Assembly (NCBI GenBank): GCA_964187785.1
Contig: OZ076413.1
Coordinates: 49,974,001 to 50,038,000, forward strand
DNA from: Amphiscolops sp. MND2022
Lineage: Eukaryota
Length of the DNA: 64,000 nt
Direction: 5' to 3'
Below are positions 43,660-55,970 of the stretch, in pieces; positions within the stretch are counted from its first letter, which is position 1, and each line of letters starts with the position of its first letter. The notes under the pieces are model-generated. The model was not told where the DNA came from. It ran no database searches and was given only the letters and a program-made list of their open reading frames with translations. Both the position numbers and the translations under genes were made by a program.

Positions 43660-44998
43660 ATGGGTGTAGAGTATTCTGTCCCAGCAGCAAGACACCCAGA
43701 AGTTCCTTTCTGCATCATAAGCTTTTTCTATGACCAGGTCCAAATCTGCAACGCTGACGATGACGTCATATCCATTGTTCGGAATAACTTGGTAAGAAAC
43801 TACAAAGGCATCCAGAAAGAGAGTCGCAAAGATGACGTGTACCTTTTCAAGTGCAAAGGCTACCCTTTTTCTACAAATTATTCGACTGATCATCAAATGT
43901 TTATAAAATGCATGTGTTTTCTGTTGAAAGACATGTGCGAAGCGGGGTATATAAAAGTGTTTTCTGGAGATTTCAATTGGTATATTGACTTGAGTGCCTG
44001 GTTTTTCTACAAGTCTCCTGGAGCAGTTGCTAAAGACATCGAGTTTTGCGCTGTTGATCTGTGGTCTTGGGACAAGCTGAAGCTTTTCAATTGTGAAAAC
44101 CAAATTTGTGAAGCTATCAAGTACACTGTGCACGAAAATTGGAGAGGAATTCAGAAAGCAGAGCAGGACGAATTGTCGTACCAACTCAAGTTGAAAGGAT
44201 ACCCTTGGAGTAGAAGCAGCGGAGACGATGCAGTGAAAAACCGAATGTTGATCATGAAAATCCTGCAAACCATGGCGTCTTATGGCTGGACTTTGTATTC
44301 TGCCACCAACATCGACAACTTCACTGATACTCTTTTCTTCTGTCGCAAGCGAAATCTTTACATCTCCCATGAGTTTTGCTCCTCAATTTTGGCGATCAGT
44401 CTCAATCAGAATGATCGATTGCGGTTGATCAACGCCGATGGAGGTGTGATTGAGGCCATCAAAACTGTCATCAGAGGTAACTGGTCTGAAATTCAGAAGG
44501 AGGGTGACTATCACGGAAGTTATGAGTTTAAGCTGAAAGGTACTCCGTGGTGGGTTCGAGGTGAAAAGTCGTTACCCTCTGTGTCGCTCCTCTGTGCTAT
44601 TTTCGTCCAACTGCGACGAATGGGATGGAAAGCTATTATGAATTTGGATATAAGTCGAAGCGACCATGACAAAGGAGTATTCTTTTTCATCAGAATGCCT
44701 CCGAAAGAAAGTTACTACTGTGCTTTGAGTCTGAAAGACTCAGGTTATATTTATGGAGTTCACCTACATGAGAAGATACAAGCAACCCTGACGCAAGTTT
44801 TTACCCCTTACTTTGAACTGAGGCCCTCCTCAAAAACCCCGGCTATGAATTATGCCATTAAATGGACCATAATGGCCTGTCCGTGGTCAAGTTCAGGTAC
44901 TTCCACAATGCGTTTCAATGGTCAGCTATTGATGGCCGCAATGGTGAATGCTATGGTTGGATTCAATTATCACTTGTGCAGTAGCGCTGATATTTCAA
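43660..44998 (+). CDS. Paralog B, coding exon 1
   Basis: Intact 1339 nt, colinear with A (MGVEYS...SADIS); donor TCAA|GTAAGA; the ORF-track tail after SADISS is intron read-through. Confidence 0.9.
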
Positions 44999-45304
44999 GT
45001 AAGAGTGCGCTCAATGTGTTTGACATACGATTGGATAAAGATATTCCATGTAGTTTCATTATCAGATTTGTGATCGTGTTTTTGGGAAGTTAAGGCCAAC
45101 AGCTCAAAAAACACAATTTTTTGCATTTCTTCAACAATTTTTTCTTTTATTTTTCTAAGTCAGTGCCGTTTTTGGATACTATCTTATAGAAAACAATAGT
45201 ACCCTATTACAGCCAAATGGTCAAGCAATTGTCGACTTGAAGGAGCTGTGAGTTCAAAGTGACTTGCTCAATGTCATGAAGGCCTGACAGCTCACCGTTG
45301 CACT

Positions 45305-45575
45305 TTTTTGTCAGTGCCTTTTCCCTTAAGGAAAAAGCCCGACTATTACAGTGGGTAGTTTTTTTCAGTTCGCTCCGAATGGTCCACTTTGGTCCACTTT
45401 TTGTTTATTCGTTCAAACGTTTTTTAAGTTTTACGTTTCGAAGTTCGGATGTAACGTTTTCGAAGTTCGGATATAACGTAAAGTTCGGATATAACGTTTT
45501 CTTGACACTTTGAAGTCCTTTTGCTAGTTTTGAGCCTTATATATGGCGCCGATTTGGGCAGTTCCCGGCTTGTTG
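45305..45575 (+). mobile_element. Short Helentron/DINE-1-like element in the intron of paralog B
   Basis: Ends TTTTGAGCCTTATATATGGCGCCGATTTGGGCAGTTCCCGGCTTGTT, the reverse orientation of the family motif. Confidence 0.6.
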
Positions 45576-45822
45576 TTGCTTTTCTTCACCGAATGCGTTA
45601 TTTTTGTCATGAGCTAGGAATGCAGGATTTGCTCAAGGCCAGCAATGGTGAGTTGACAGAGATTCGAACCTGATACCATCCCTAACTAGAAAAATGCTTT
45701 CAATTCTAGCTTCTAAATTTACGAAACGTTTTCACGAATTCGTATCAAAAATTTTTTGTGACATCGAGAAACTTTAGAGAGATTACTCTTCTTTTCTCGA
45801 CGAAGAATTCCTTTCGTTCCAG

Positions 45823-46013
45823 GTATATTCGTGCACCGTGACAAAGCCCCCGACTACAAACCCGATGGCGACACCCTGTTCTTTGCCCTGGATGACCCCC
45901 CTCTGAACGTTGGCCTCTTCACGGACCAGCCTTCCTTCGTGCCCATGGACAACTTCTTTTCCACCGCTCCTCCCTCTCCGCCTCCCAGTTATGAAATTCT
46001 ATATGGGGAATAA
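45823..46013 (+). CDS. Paralog B, last coding exon
   Basis: Acceptor TTCCAG|GT; S-IFVHRDKAPDYKPDGDTLFF...PPSPPPSYEILYGE*; total CDS 1530 nt. Confidence 0.9.
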
Positions 46014-47748
46014 TTTTACCCCCCCTGAAGCTATTTAACTGTTGTTGAAACTTGCTCTCAGATCTCCAATTTGATACACATTCATGCATGCGTGCACGGT
46101 GTAACTGGGTCACCTTTCTGAGCCATCTTTATTGGACATAGTTCTATTCGTATCTAGATGAATATATATTTTTTCATATTTCAATTCTGCTGCACATTTG
46201 GTTGAACCATTTTTAGTCATGCTCAATTATTTATTGAATGATTAGATATATTTTGAATTTAAAAAAATAATAGCTCATTTCCACGTTGCTCTGTCATTTG
46301 CAGTCAAAACTGGTGAAATTTGATTTCAAAGTGATTTTTTCCATGTCATATACTGCTGCTGTTGATTAAATGCTTCAATTTGACATTTCTCTTTGAACTT
46401 GCAAATTTCTCCAAGCGCTTTCCAGTACCCCCTAATAATTCGAAAATAACCGCGGCTCTAATTTTTCTGATCGCACTGCTTTCAATCGAGGGCGGATTTT
46501 AGTAGTCGTGTTAGTTTGTATGGAATTTCCATACATTGATTGTAAAATGAACCATTCTTCGGAAAAACAAGCCGGGATAGGCATAACTCGGTGCTTCGCT
46601 TAAGGCTCAAATAGAGCGAAAAATGCTCATCTCATAGTGCCGAAACACAAAAGAGGACCCTTCGGGCTTAAAGCATTTTTGCTTTTTCTGTTACTAGAAA
46701 TTCTTACTTTTTTTAAAAAATACTTTTTTAAAAAAAACGAAAGCCTTTTTTCCTTTTTAACACCAGAAACATCTAGCGCTGCAGGTTTGTGTCAAAATAG
46801 TGCCGCTTTAGGAGATTGAGGTAGTAAATTGAGGAGTTATTGTAGTTGATTTTCAAAGAAAAACTGTGATAAGATTTTCAATCAAAAGTTGGTAGTGTAC
46901 GTTTTGGCTAAGATACTTTGGGTTAATTTAGTTTTCCTTCACGGTCATCGGAGCAAATCTGGAAGATAAAATGTTTTAATTAACGAACTGATGTCCTCAG
47001 AGAGGAGCCTAGTGGGTGGTTTGGTGTGAAATAGAGGGTCGCTTTTGGAACACTTAGTAGATCTCCTAGTCCTTTTACCCCTTTTTACAGAAGTCAAACC
47101 AAAACCCCATGATGGGGTCGGAAACAACTTTGTTTTTGCTTGTTTTGACAGTGACATTCAATGGTACAGAAAAAAGGCACTTAGTAGTTTTGACCTTTGG
47201 TGAGTACATTCTCATCTCTCCCGATGGGAAGAGATGAGAATGTACTTATGTGTTTCTCTATAACTGATGGTTAATACCAATTTCAACACTTATCAAAATA
47301 AGTGAAGCAACTGTGAGAGACCCTTTTGCACTAGAAAACTGCAATAGAGGATAAGTTGAAGTTCGTTGCATGTGTTCCAATGAGTTTTTGACGAGACTAA
47401 CGTTCCATTTACACACTTTGACTTCTTAACCTCAAATCAAGCTCACACTCAAAAAATCATAAGTCAACGTCAAGTTAAGATACAGAGTCGTTCTATAGCT
47501 CATTTTTCGCGTATATCCAAAAACTTTCCACATTTATATATTTCCAAGTACTTTCCAAGTTGTGTGGAAGTTTCTTGACTTTGGGCTGCCTGAAGTTGAG
47601 CGTTTTTTTGGAAAAAAATTGAAAATTTTATAAGTTCTACACCTTTTACCCGGAGAGTGCTATAATGCTAAAACTACGGCAAAAGACCCAAATAGTTTCG
47701 TTGAACGTGAGGCATTTGCAATTTCTTTAAGCATCAAAACACACAACT

Positions 47749-48088
47749 TTTTTAGTCGGCGCATTTTAAAGGAAAAATGCCCGACTCTTACAGTGACCTT
47801 TTTTTCTTCAGACCACAGACCTCACACTGATAGGTCCCCCCTTTTAAATTTTTTGGCACTATTCGACATTTTCCGAAAGAAACAAATCTGAAGTTTTCTT
47901 GAAAAAATGTTTTGGTTCCCAGTTGGAGAAAAAGTGGTTTCCGAGTCTTATCGAGCATGAAAGGCATCTTTGGGTGTCTCGAAACTGTTTTTTAAGCTTT
48001 TCATAAATACTTTCGGGGCAAATTTTAAAAGCTTTGCGCTTTCTGAGCCTTAGATATAGCGCCGACTTTAGACGTTCTTGTCTTGTTT
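47749..48088 (+). mobile_element. Helentron/DINE-1-like element (another at about 48623-49170)
   Basis: TTTTTAGTCGGC...CCGACT hairpin at the start; ends GCGCCGACTTTAGACGTTCTTGTCTTGTTT. Confidence 0.65.
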
Positions 48089-51000
48089 CTTGAACCAGTA
48101 CCACGTAGACAAATCAGCAACAGTAAAAAAGTCCACTTGGAGAACCAATGAGAATTGTTTCCGATTCTTTTCCAGGCACTAATATGATATCTCTAAGTTA
48201 TCATTTCGATGAAACTTTCATCCTCCAGCCAATAGGATTTGGTCTTTACAAAACCGGAATTTTGGATGGCACCAATAACCAACGTTGAAAACCAACCTTT
48301 ATCTCCGAACCTCATCAATCAATCGAAAGGTGATTTCGCGGTGTAGCATTTGTTCTGTAATTAAGTAAAAATTCTGACAAAACACACTTTGATACAGACG
48401 TTAATTGCAATTTAATTTTTCACAGTGAAAAAGAATAGAGATTGTGATCGAGAATATCATGCTTGAGTTTTAGACCTAACACCGATCGACTTCAATCCTC
48501 AATTTCGGGTAGTTACGCAATTTTCTAGTAATAGATTTGAAGCAATGCCTTTCGGGGACTCAAACGTAGACAACGGGCAGAATTCAAGAAGCTATGCTCA
48601 TTGTGTATGACTGAGGAACTATTTTTAGTCGGCATTGTAGCAAAAAGTGCACGACTTACAGCGGCATTTTTTTTGCAGTGATCACACTGAATGGTCCAGT
48701 TTTTTTTGTTCAATTTCAGTTAATTCATATCGTGAAGCCAGTCTGAAATGTATCTAGGAACATTTCATATCTAGGACAACTAACTTGAAACCAACAAGGC
48801 TAGAAAGGACCAAAATGTCCATCCTCTGGGGTCTTTCGGCTCTGCGATATTTTTCGAAGTTCTTATTTCGCTAAAGGATCTCCCTTCGGTTTTCTCTACC
48901 GTTTTAAATTCGAGTAATTTTAAAGTAGTTTGGCGAGCCTAAACGGTCCCCTCTCTAAATTGTTTGGCGCTTTGCGACTTTTTAAAAAAAAATTGGAAAT
49001 TTTAAAAGCCAAATTAGTATTTTTGGATGATTCCAGTCAGAGAAAAACGTTTTTCGAGGCTACAGTTTTTGAAATCTAACTATGACAATTTGCTTGAAGC
49101 CACGCTGAGCATATTTGAGACGTTGCACTTTTTGAGCCTTAAGCGGGGCGCCAACTTGAGACGTTCTCGACTGAACGACTGTTGCTGTGAAATCAAAAAG
49201 TTATACTGCAAATCGGATACTTCGAGATGAAATTTCTACTAAAACTATTCCACTTTTTAGCGACTACTTCGCCGTATTAATTAAAAAAAAATTATGAACA
49301 AGCAATCAGATCAAGAAAGCCGAGACGCATCATAGACGATAAACGCATTGAACTTTGTTGTTGCCCGATAACAATCTCAGAGGTTTTCTTTCTGAAATTG
49401 GTCGAAAATATTGACAGCTCAATGATAAAAGCTTTCAACTACCGATGAGTCTTTTCGTTTGTAGGCTCCAAAAACAATATTGGAATTTGTAGAGAACAAC
49501 AAAATTAACACGATGTTGATATGAAGAACCAGAAAAAACAGCATGTTAGTCAATACCAACACCGACACTAAAAATGGGTAATTTGGATCTTAAATTTCAA
49601 GAAAAATAAGATTTTTTTAAAAAAATATCATCAATCAGTTCACGCCTCATTTAGATGTTCTCAGAGAATATTCCGCCTCACTAAAAATAAAACTTCTATC
49701 AATAACTACACCAAGCGCAATGATTAAATGGACAAAATGGAGTAATAGAGTTGTTAAATGGTCAAGTGTTAAAGATTTTACTGAGTTTTTTGTAAAACGA
49801 GGAATACGAAGAGCTTCGGAGAAGCTAAGCAAGACAATGAATCTTTCAAATTTTGTTCGCTAGTGATTGAATCTTTTCCGTGGAGGTCTTCAACAAAGGC
49901 ACCATTGAATGCGTTTTCCCGATTGTTCGAAATCAGCCAATATACTTCCACAATTTAGTAGAGGAGATATGAAAAACCATAAAAGGAACTGTCTTTCTAG
50001 GATGCGTTGCTTTATGAGTGTATTGTTTGAAACGTTGCACATAGGAGACCAGTTAGTTTTTGCCAATCGAATTTTTTGCTTACTCCATCAGTAGTTGCCA
50101 TGAGTGAGTATGAAAGAGATGAAAAGGGTAACGAATAGAGGGACGATCTTGTTTTAATGATTCGAAGAAATTTTTCAGTTAATACGATCATAAATTTTAG
50201 GATGAAAATGAAAATTTTGGCCTAGATTTTAGGTATCATTACACGTTGTTCAAACAACAGAAAAAAAATCGATTTATTTAATGCAAAACAAACTCGAAAG
50301 TCAACTTTCAAATTTTTCCATGACAACATAGATGTCCTAGACATGAACTTCTGGACGACTCGTTTCGTTAGAAATCTCTGTAATAAATATAGACTGTAAA
50401 TTCAACAATTGTTCATAGACTTTTCAAGGTTTAGAACGCGATGAACAATCTGCATATCTAATGTTCAGATTGGGTAGCTTGATTATTTGTTATCTGCTTA
50501 TCGATGTGTTTATCTGTTTATCAATTTTGGGCTTCATGGGTAACATTCAATCTAACATTTCACTTCCTTTTCACGTTTTGCATCAACCATATTTCGAATT
50601 CTACAAGGATTTGTAAAGTTTCAACTAAAACAACAAACGTCCAAAAAAGTTTTCACGATTAATATTGTAATGGGCTTCCACATGGAATATATACAGGAAT
50701 ATCTTTTCCATACAACAAAGTTATCAGAGCGCTGCCGCAAACGATCACGTTAAACTAGAACTGTCAATTATTCATCAAACTATTTTATACTGTTGCTTTT
50801 TTATTTTTTTTTACTTGTAAAAAGTTGTAAATACGTGTAAATTACGTTGCTACATATAGTATTAGAGCACTAGCATTAGACACCAAACGTACAAGCGAGA
50901 AGGAAACGTGTTCAAAGTCTTCTCGCTTGGCGCAAGGGACTACCAGTCCAAAGGTATAATTAGCCAATCACAGTGCTGCATCATTATAGTTAGTGGTGAT

Positions 51001-51669
51001 GCTTGAATATAATTGTACGGCTAGCTAAGGCTATGCGCCGTATTCGGCCTCACTTTGAGACGTTCATTAAATAAGGGGCGTACTGTCTTGATGGGAACTA
51101 CTCGCTATTATTCAAATTGCCCGTTAATTAGATGCTAGGAAGAATGCGCTTTGAACTCATGGCTGACATGAGACCTAAACCCCCTGTTCTTCAAAAACCA
51201 GAGCAATCACTTCAAATGTATTTGTGCTGTTTACTAGTACGTATATTTTAGCCTTATGACCAAAGGCCGTTTAATATTCACGTTGTACATTAATTTCACG
51301 AATATGTACGTTATTTCACATATACTACCGTTTGTTGAAACATAGTGCTGTGTTATGAGAACACGAAGGCAGTATCCTTGTTCCCGCACATTCCTCGAGC
51401 CGAGTAGGGCTGTGCGGTGTCCGAAAGCTTTGATGCTGTTTTTTTTTGCGATGATGCTATTTTATAGATGTTGCAAAATTTAGCACAATTGTATTATTTT
51501 GAATGTCACGTTTTCTGGAGTAGGTATAGTTCGCCGCAGAAGGCTCTGACACAATTCATAATTTGTTGTACTCTGACTAGTTTGAATACGTACTGTGAAA
51601 AACGTTGAAACGAATAAACAATACAAATTTAGGAAATACATTACTATCTTCCCGACTATTTTTGATACC

Positions 51670-52210
51670 TTCGACAAGGAGGCAGAAAGCTAAAGCTAGG
51701 CGTTCAAGGGAAATGGACATACTGTCTGATTATTAGAATATGGACGTTATGCTAGGTGTTGAAAACACAAACTCTATTGAAAGAGAATTAGCAAACACCA
51801 TTAATGGCTCAGTTAGTCGCAACGACACTGAGGCTTTTTCTCTCCCAAGAGGGAATTCGTCTCAAGAGATTGAAATTAGGGACTTGAACAATTAAAATGA
51901 AGTTTCAAGACATGATAAATTTCTGGAATAGGAGGAAATCTTTTCAAATGAAATAATTATGAGACGTTCCCAAGAAATGGATCCTTTGATGAACATAAGC
52001 ACTGCAATCAGTGACAGGGTTATCCACGAGATACAAAGTATCATGGGTTCACTGTCTTCAGGACAGAGAGACACTGAGTCTGGAACGTCCACTAACAATC
52101 AAAATATTAGTGAGAAAATGAACGGGTTAAATGCAAAACTAAAAAAAAGGATTCTAAGTCTGCCATTGGCCTTAGGGACTTGGTGACACTGGGGACCTAG
52201 GTCTTTACAG
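51670..52210 (+). pseudogene. Decayed coding remnant, probably retroelement-derived
   Basis: One frame with scattered stops: TRRQKAKARRSREMDILSDY*NMDVMLG...MRRSQEMDPLMNISTAISDRVIHEIQ; no diagnostic motif. Confidence 0.35.
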
Positions 52211-53431
52211 TTAAGTTGCCGACAAAAGGTCTTTGCTGCAAGAATTTCATGTGGAAAAGACAGAAGGTGTAAAAAACCTTTTTTGTGAAGATAAACTGAG
52301 CTTCGTAAATGAAAACTGCATGGAAAAGTACTGCTGCAGAAAATTCTATTTTACTTTTTTATCCTCGACTATTGCTGTAATTTGACAAAAACGTTTCACC
52401 GATTTTGAAGTTCGTTCCAACTTTTTTCCTGTTTTTAACCAAAATGTCGATACTTATGGCAATTATCAAATCAACTTATTGAAATTTGTGTCAATTATAG
52501 CACTTGCGAAAGCCTTCGAATAAAAGAAGTTTGTGAAGGTCCCTTTCTGCACAAATTTTAACAAAAACGAAGAAAAGTCACGTAGCGCTATTTTTAAATA
52601 CGTGGGACATTGATAAAATTCCAGTTTTTTAATTTTGTTTTTTCCGCAAACTGACATTCGTTGTTGTTTCAACCTGGATGGTTGCCTAAACATTGAAACT
52701 CTATCTCAATTGATCATATACAAAGTTTCCATAATTTCACGAATTCAAAGGGAATGAAATTTTGAAACATTATCGCGAATTCTGTTAATGTGGAGACACT
52801 GTATCTAAAAGTAAAGTTCAAATTTTAATTTCATGTGAAACATTTTGAAACAATTGGACTTCATTTCCGAGTGACAAACGTTTTCTCGGTAAGTATAGTT
52901 CAAAACTGCTGTCATACTTCTGCTCTTGAAGAGTTCACTGAAAATATTATAACAGTAAGGTGAACAAAAAGGACTTCGCATTCGAAATTGATTGAACTCA
53001 GACACCATGAAGTCGAGTTCAGTTTACGGAATTTTTTCGACTAGACATGTAAGTTTACGATCGTATTTTGTCAGCGAATTTAGGACAGCGCTCAAACGCA
53101 TCGCTTATACTGCATCGTTTAAACAACATTTTTTGTTTATTAAATATTAGTTTTTGTAGTTTTCCCAGTTGAAGGGGAGTTGAAAAGTGAATTCTATTGA
53201 AAAAAAAACTCTTCTTCTCTTCTTTTGCAGTTTTTGTTCCAGTACTGTATGAGGAATCAAAATTTGAAAACCAAAGCGAAAATTCCGAAGTATTGGCCTG
53301 TGGAAATGACTCGCAATCAACAGAATCAGCCTATCATTAGTAAAATCAAATTGTTTTCCGACAATTATTGTTTTCCGAGAGGTTATTTTGTGTCTAGCGG
53401 AGCGGAGTCATAACCCCGTACACAGCTTTAT

Positions 53432-54362
53432 AAACAAGCCGGGATCGGCTCAAGTTGGTGCTCTTCTCAATGTTCAAAAATGTTGTTTAAATATGCAAAG
53501 GGACGTCCTTTTCGAAAAAAAATTTCGAGAAAATTTCATTTACAAAAAATAATGTTTTTTGATGTTTCCAGTCGGAGAAAAAAAGCGGTTTTCGGGTTTC
53601 ATGAGTATTCTTTCGGGTATTCTTCGACACTATAGATTTGATAAAATTTCCACGACAGTGTACACTGTCGTGGAAATTTTATCAAATCTATAGTGTCGAA
53701 GAATACCCGAAAGAATACTCATGAAACCCGAAAACCGCTTTTTTTCTCCGACTGGAAACATCAAAAAACATTATTTTTTGTAAATGAAATTTTCTCGAAA
53801 TTTTTTTCTTCGGAAAGAAAATTCACAATGGCAAAAACTTTCTGCTCGCAAAACGAGAAAGTGAAGAGGGTACCATTTGACCAAATGAAATTTTTTCGGA
53901 GGAAGCTCGCACTGTGTCGAAAAAACTTTTCCGCGTTTCCACATTTTTTAAAGAAAACTTATCAATTCCTCAGGACCAAAAATATTCAAAGATGTCACCC
54001 ATAAGACTCGGAAAACAAACTCTCTATGGTCGCAAAACGCTTTGGAGGGGGTTTTGGTTGAGAAGAATTCTGAAAAAAGTCGCTCAGTGCTGGAAACAAA
54101 CACAAAGAGAGGGGTTGACCGTTTGTCTCCTCTCTACTTTCGCAAGCATAGAAAATTTTGGTTCATCCCAGGGTTCGAACCCACACAAACTGATTCCCTG
54201 CTACTGTCTCTCTCGTGATAACCCCTAGGCCAAGTCGAGGGAACCAGTTAGTTACTAAGTTAACTTATATATAGAAATGTTTATAGAAATCTGAAAGTTC
54301 GCTCGTTTAAAAGAAAGTCACTACATTAGTCGGCGTTCTCTATCGAAAATGCCCTCTAAAAA
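53432..54362 (-). mobile_element. Diverged Helentron/DINE-1-like element containing a 292-bp perfect palindrome
   Basis: AAACAAGCCGGGATCGGCTCAAGTTGGTGC start and TAGTCGGCG...CTAAAAA end; palindrome at 53516-53807. Confidence 0.6.
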
Positions 54363-55774
54363 TCAAGACCAGTTTAGAGTATCCTGGTGTTTGTCTGTTT
54401 TCCGTAGGATTGCAATGTGTATGTTGTACAGATCATTTTTGGCGTACTTGTTTCAGTAAAGGTTCCAAAATGTGTGCTTTTTGGTTTAACTCGGTAAGAG
54501 AGTGAGCTGGAAATCAAAGTTTTTGCCATACTTTCATCAAATTCCACCAGACTATTGACTTGTATGGAAAATATCTTTCATCCGAAGTAAACAACAACAA
54601 ATGTTGAATTGATTCACTGCAAACAACTGTTGAATTCAACTTTCGAAAGAGTTTCCAACTTTAGGGTTAAGTTAAAGTGATTCACAAACGCTTGAATAAT
54701 CTCACAATTCAGTAGTTATTCCGCTTACTAAATCTGAAACTAGGTTAGTGAAATAGTCATGTTCACATTTTCAAATGTTCACATCCTATGATAATCTCCG
54801 ATTGTTATAAAGGAATTGTTCTTGAAGTAATTGAAAATTACAGTTAAAAGCCAACGATTAAAAGCAATGAATAAATTTTAAGCCTACTAGTAGTATTAGT
54901 ATATTTCTGTATTTTGATTTTTCATCGAAGATTTGCTTTCAAAGTAACGAAAAGATTACATCCAATAAGTGTGATTATTTTCCTTGTGTTATTCAAGGCT
55001 TTTTTCTAGTGGAAGCTTACATAATGATTTTTCAAAGTCAAAGACAAAAATTAGTGAACCACCTTTTATGATTTTTTTGGGGAAAACACTTTCATTGAAA
55101 TGAAGTTTTCTCGGAAAACTCTTTGACTAGAACTATGCTTACATGATGAAGGTACTCCAGATGAGATTAATGCTGAACTTGAAGTGAAATTTTGGGTTTT
55201 TTCCATTGATCGCTCCGTCAATTTGGTCCCCTTCACAAAATTGTTTAGCATTTCATCTAATCAATTTGTAGGACACTCATAGACTATGAGTCATAGTATT
55301 GTTTCACTATGGCGATTTTGATGTTCTTGTTCTGAAGCACGATTGACTGTTTTGCGTTTATTTCCCAGAATTCAGAAAATGCTAATTCTGTTAACAGATT
55401 ATTTGATTTTAATTGAATCAAAAGAATCTCTTTTACTATATCCCCCCTATAGCAAAAACGGAGGACAAAGTGAAACACTTAAATACATGTATGAAGTGTC
55501 AACACTTCTGATTGGCTGAGTGGGGATTTTGATAAGAGCCAATAAAAAGTGTCGATATATATCAAAGGATCAATTGATTGACAGAATAGCTTGGGCGATT
55601 TGGAAATGAAAACGAGTACGGGGGCATAGTGAAAGGACACAAAAAGGGGGGACATAGTGTAACGAGTCCACCGGTGGAACATTGTGAAAGAGATCCGAAC
55701 AAAATTATCCTTCGCCTTGATCTATATAAAATAGTGGATGCTTTTAGGAATCAACTGAAGCTTTCAAAGGTGCC

Positions 55775-55970
55775 ATGGGAGTGAATTACTCAGCCTCAAC
55801 CAATCGCCAAGAAATACCGTTTTGTGTTATAAGTTTCAACTGGGACTTTCTGCATGTTGTCAATGGAGACGAAGCTGTGATTACCATACTGCGTAATAAT
55901 TTAGAGAGAAATTGCACAGGAATACAAAAAGAAATAGATATGAACGACACTCATATGTTCAAGTTGAAAG
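55775..55970 (+). CDS. Paralog C, coding exon 1
   Basis: MGVNYSASTNRQEIPFCVISF...MFKLK aligns to the A/B N-terminus; donor AAAG|GTTCAG falls where similarity stops. Confidence 0.85.

Noticed and set aside
43651..44370. 239-aa minus-strand ORF (also 16242-16574, 16668-16985, 59629-60036)
   Set aside because: Antisense shadows of the real exons; ORF limits are not conserved among paralogs.
44999..45093. ORF-track C-terminal extensions of B and C (60722-60780) and N-terminal extension 59488-59584
   Set aside because: Intron read-through; similarity among paralogs stops exactly at the GT/AG sites.
49647..49832. Possible LINE RT remnant (LGVVIDRSF)
   Set aside because: One short motif with no supporting RT motifs nearby.
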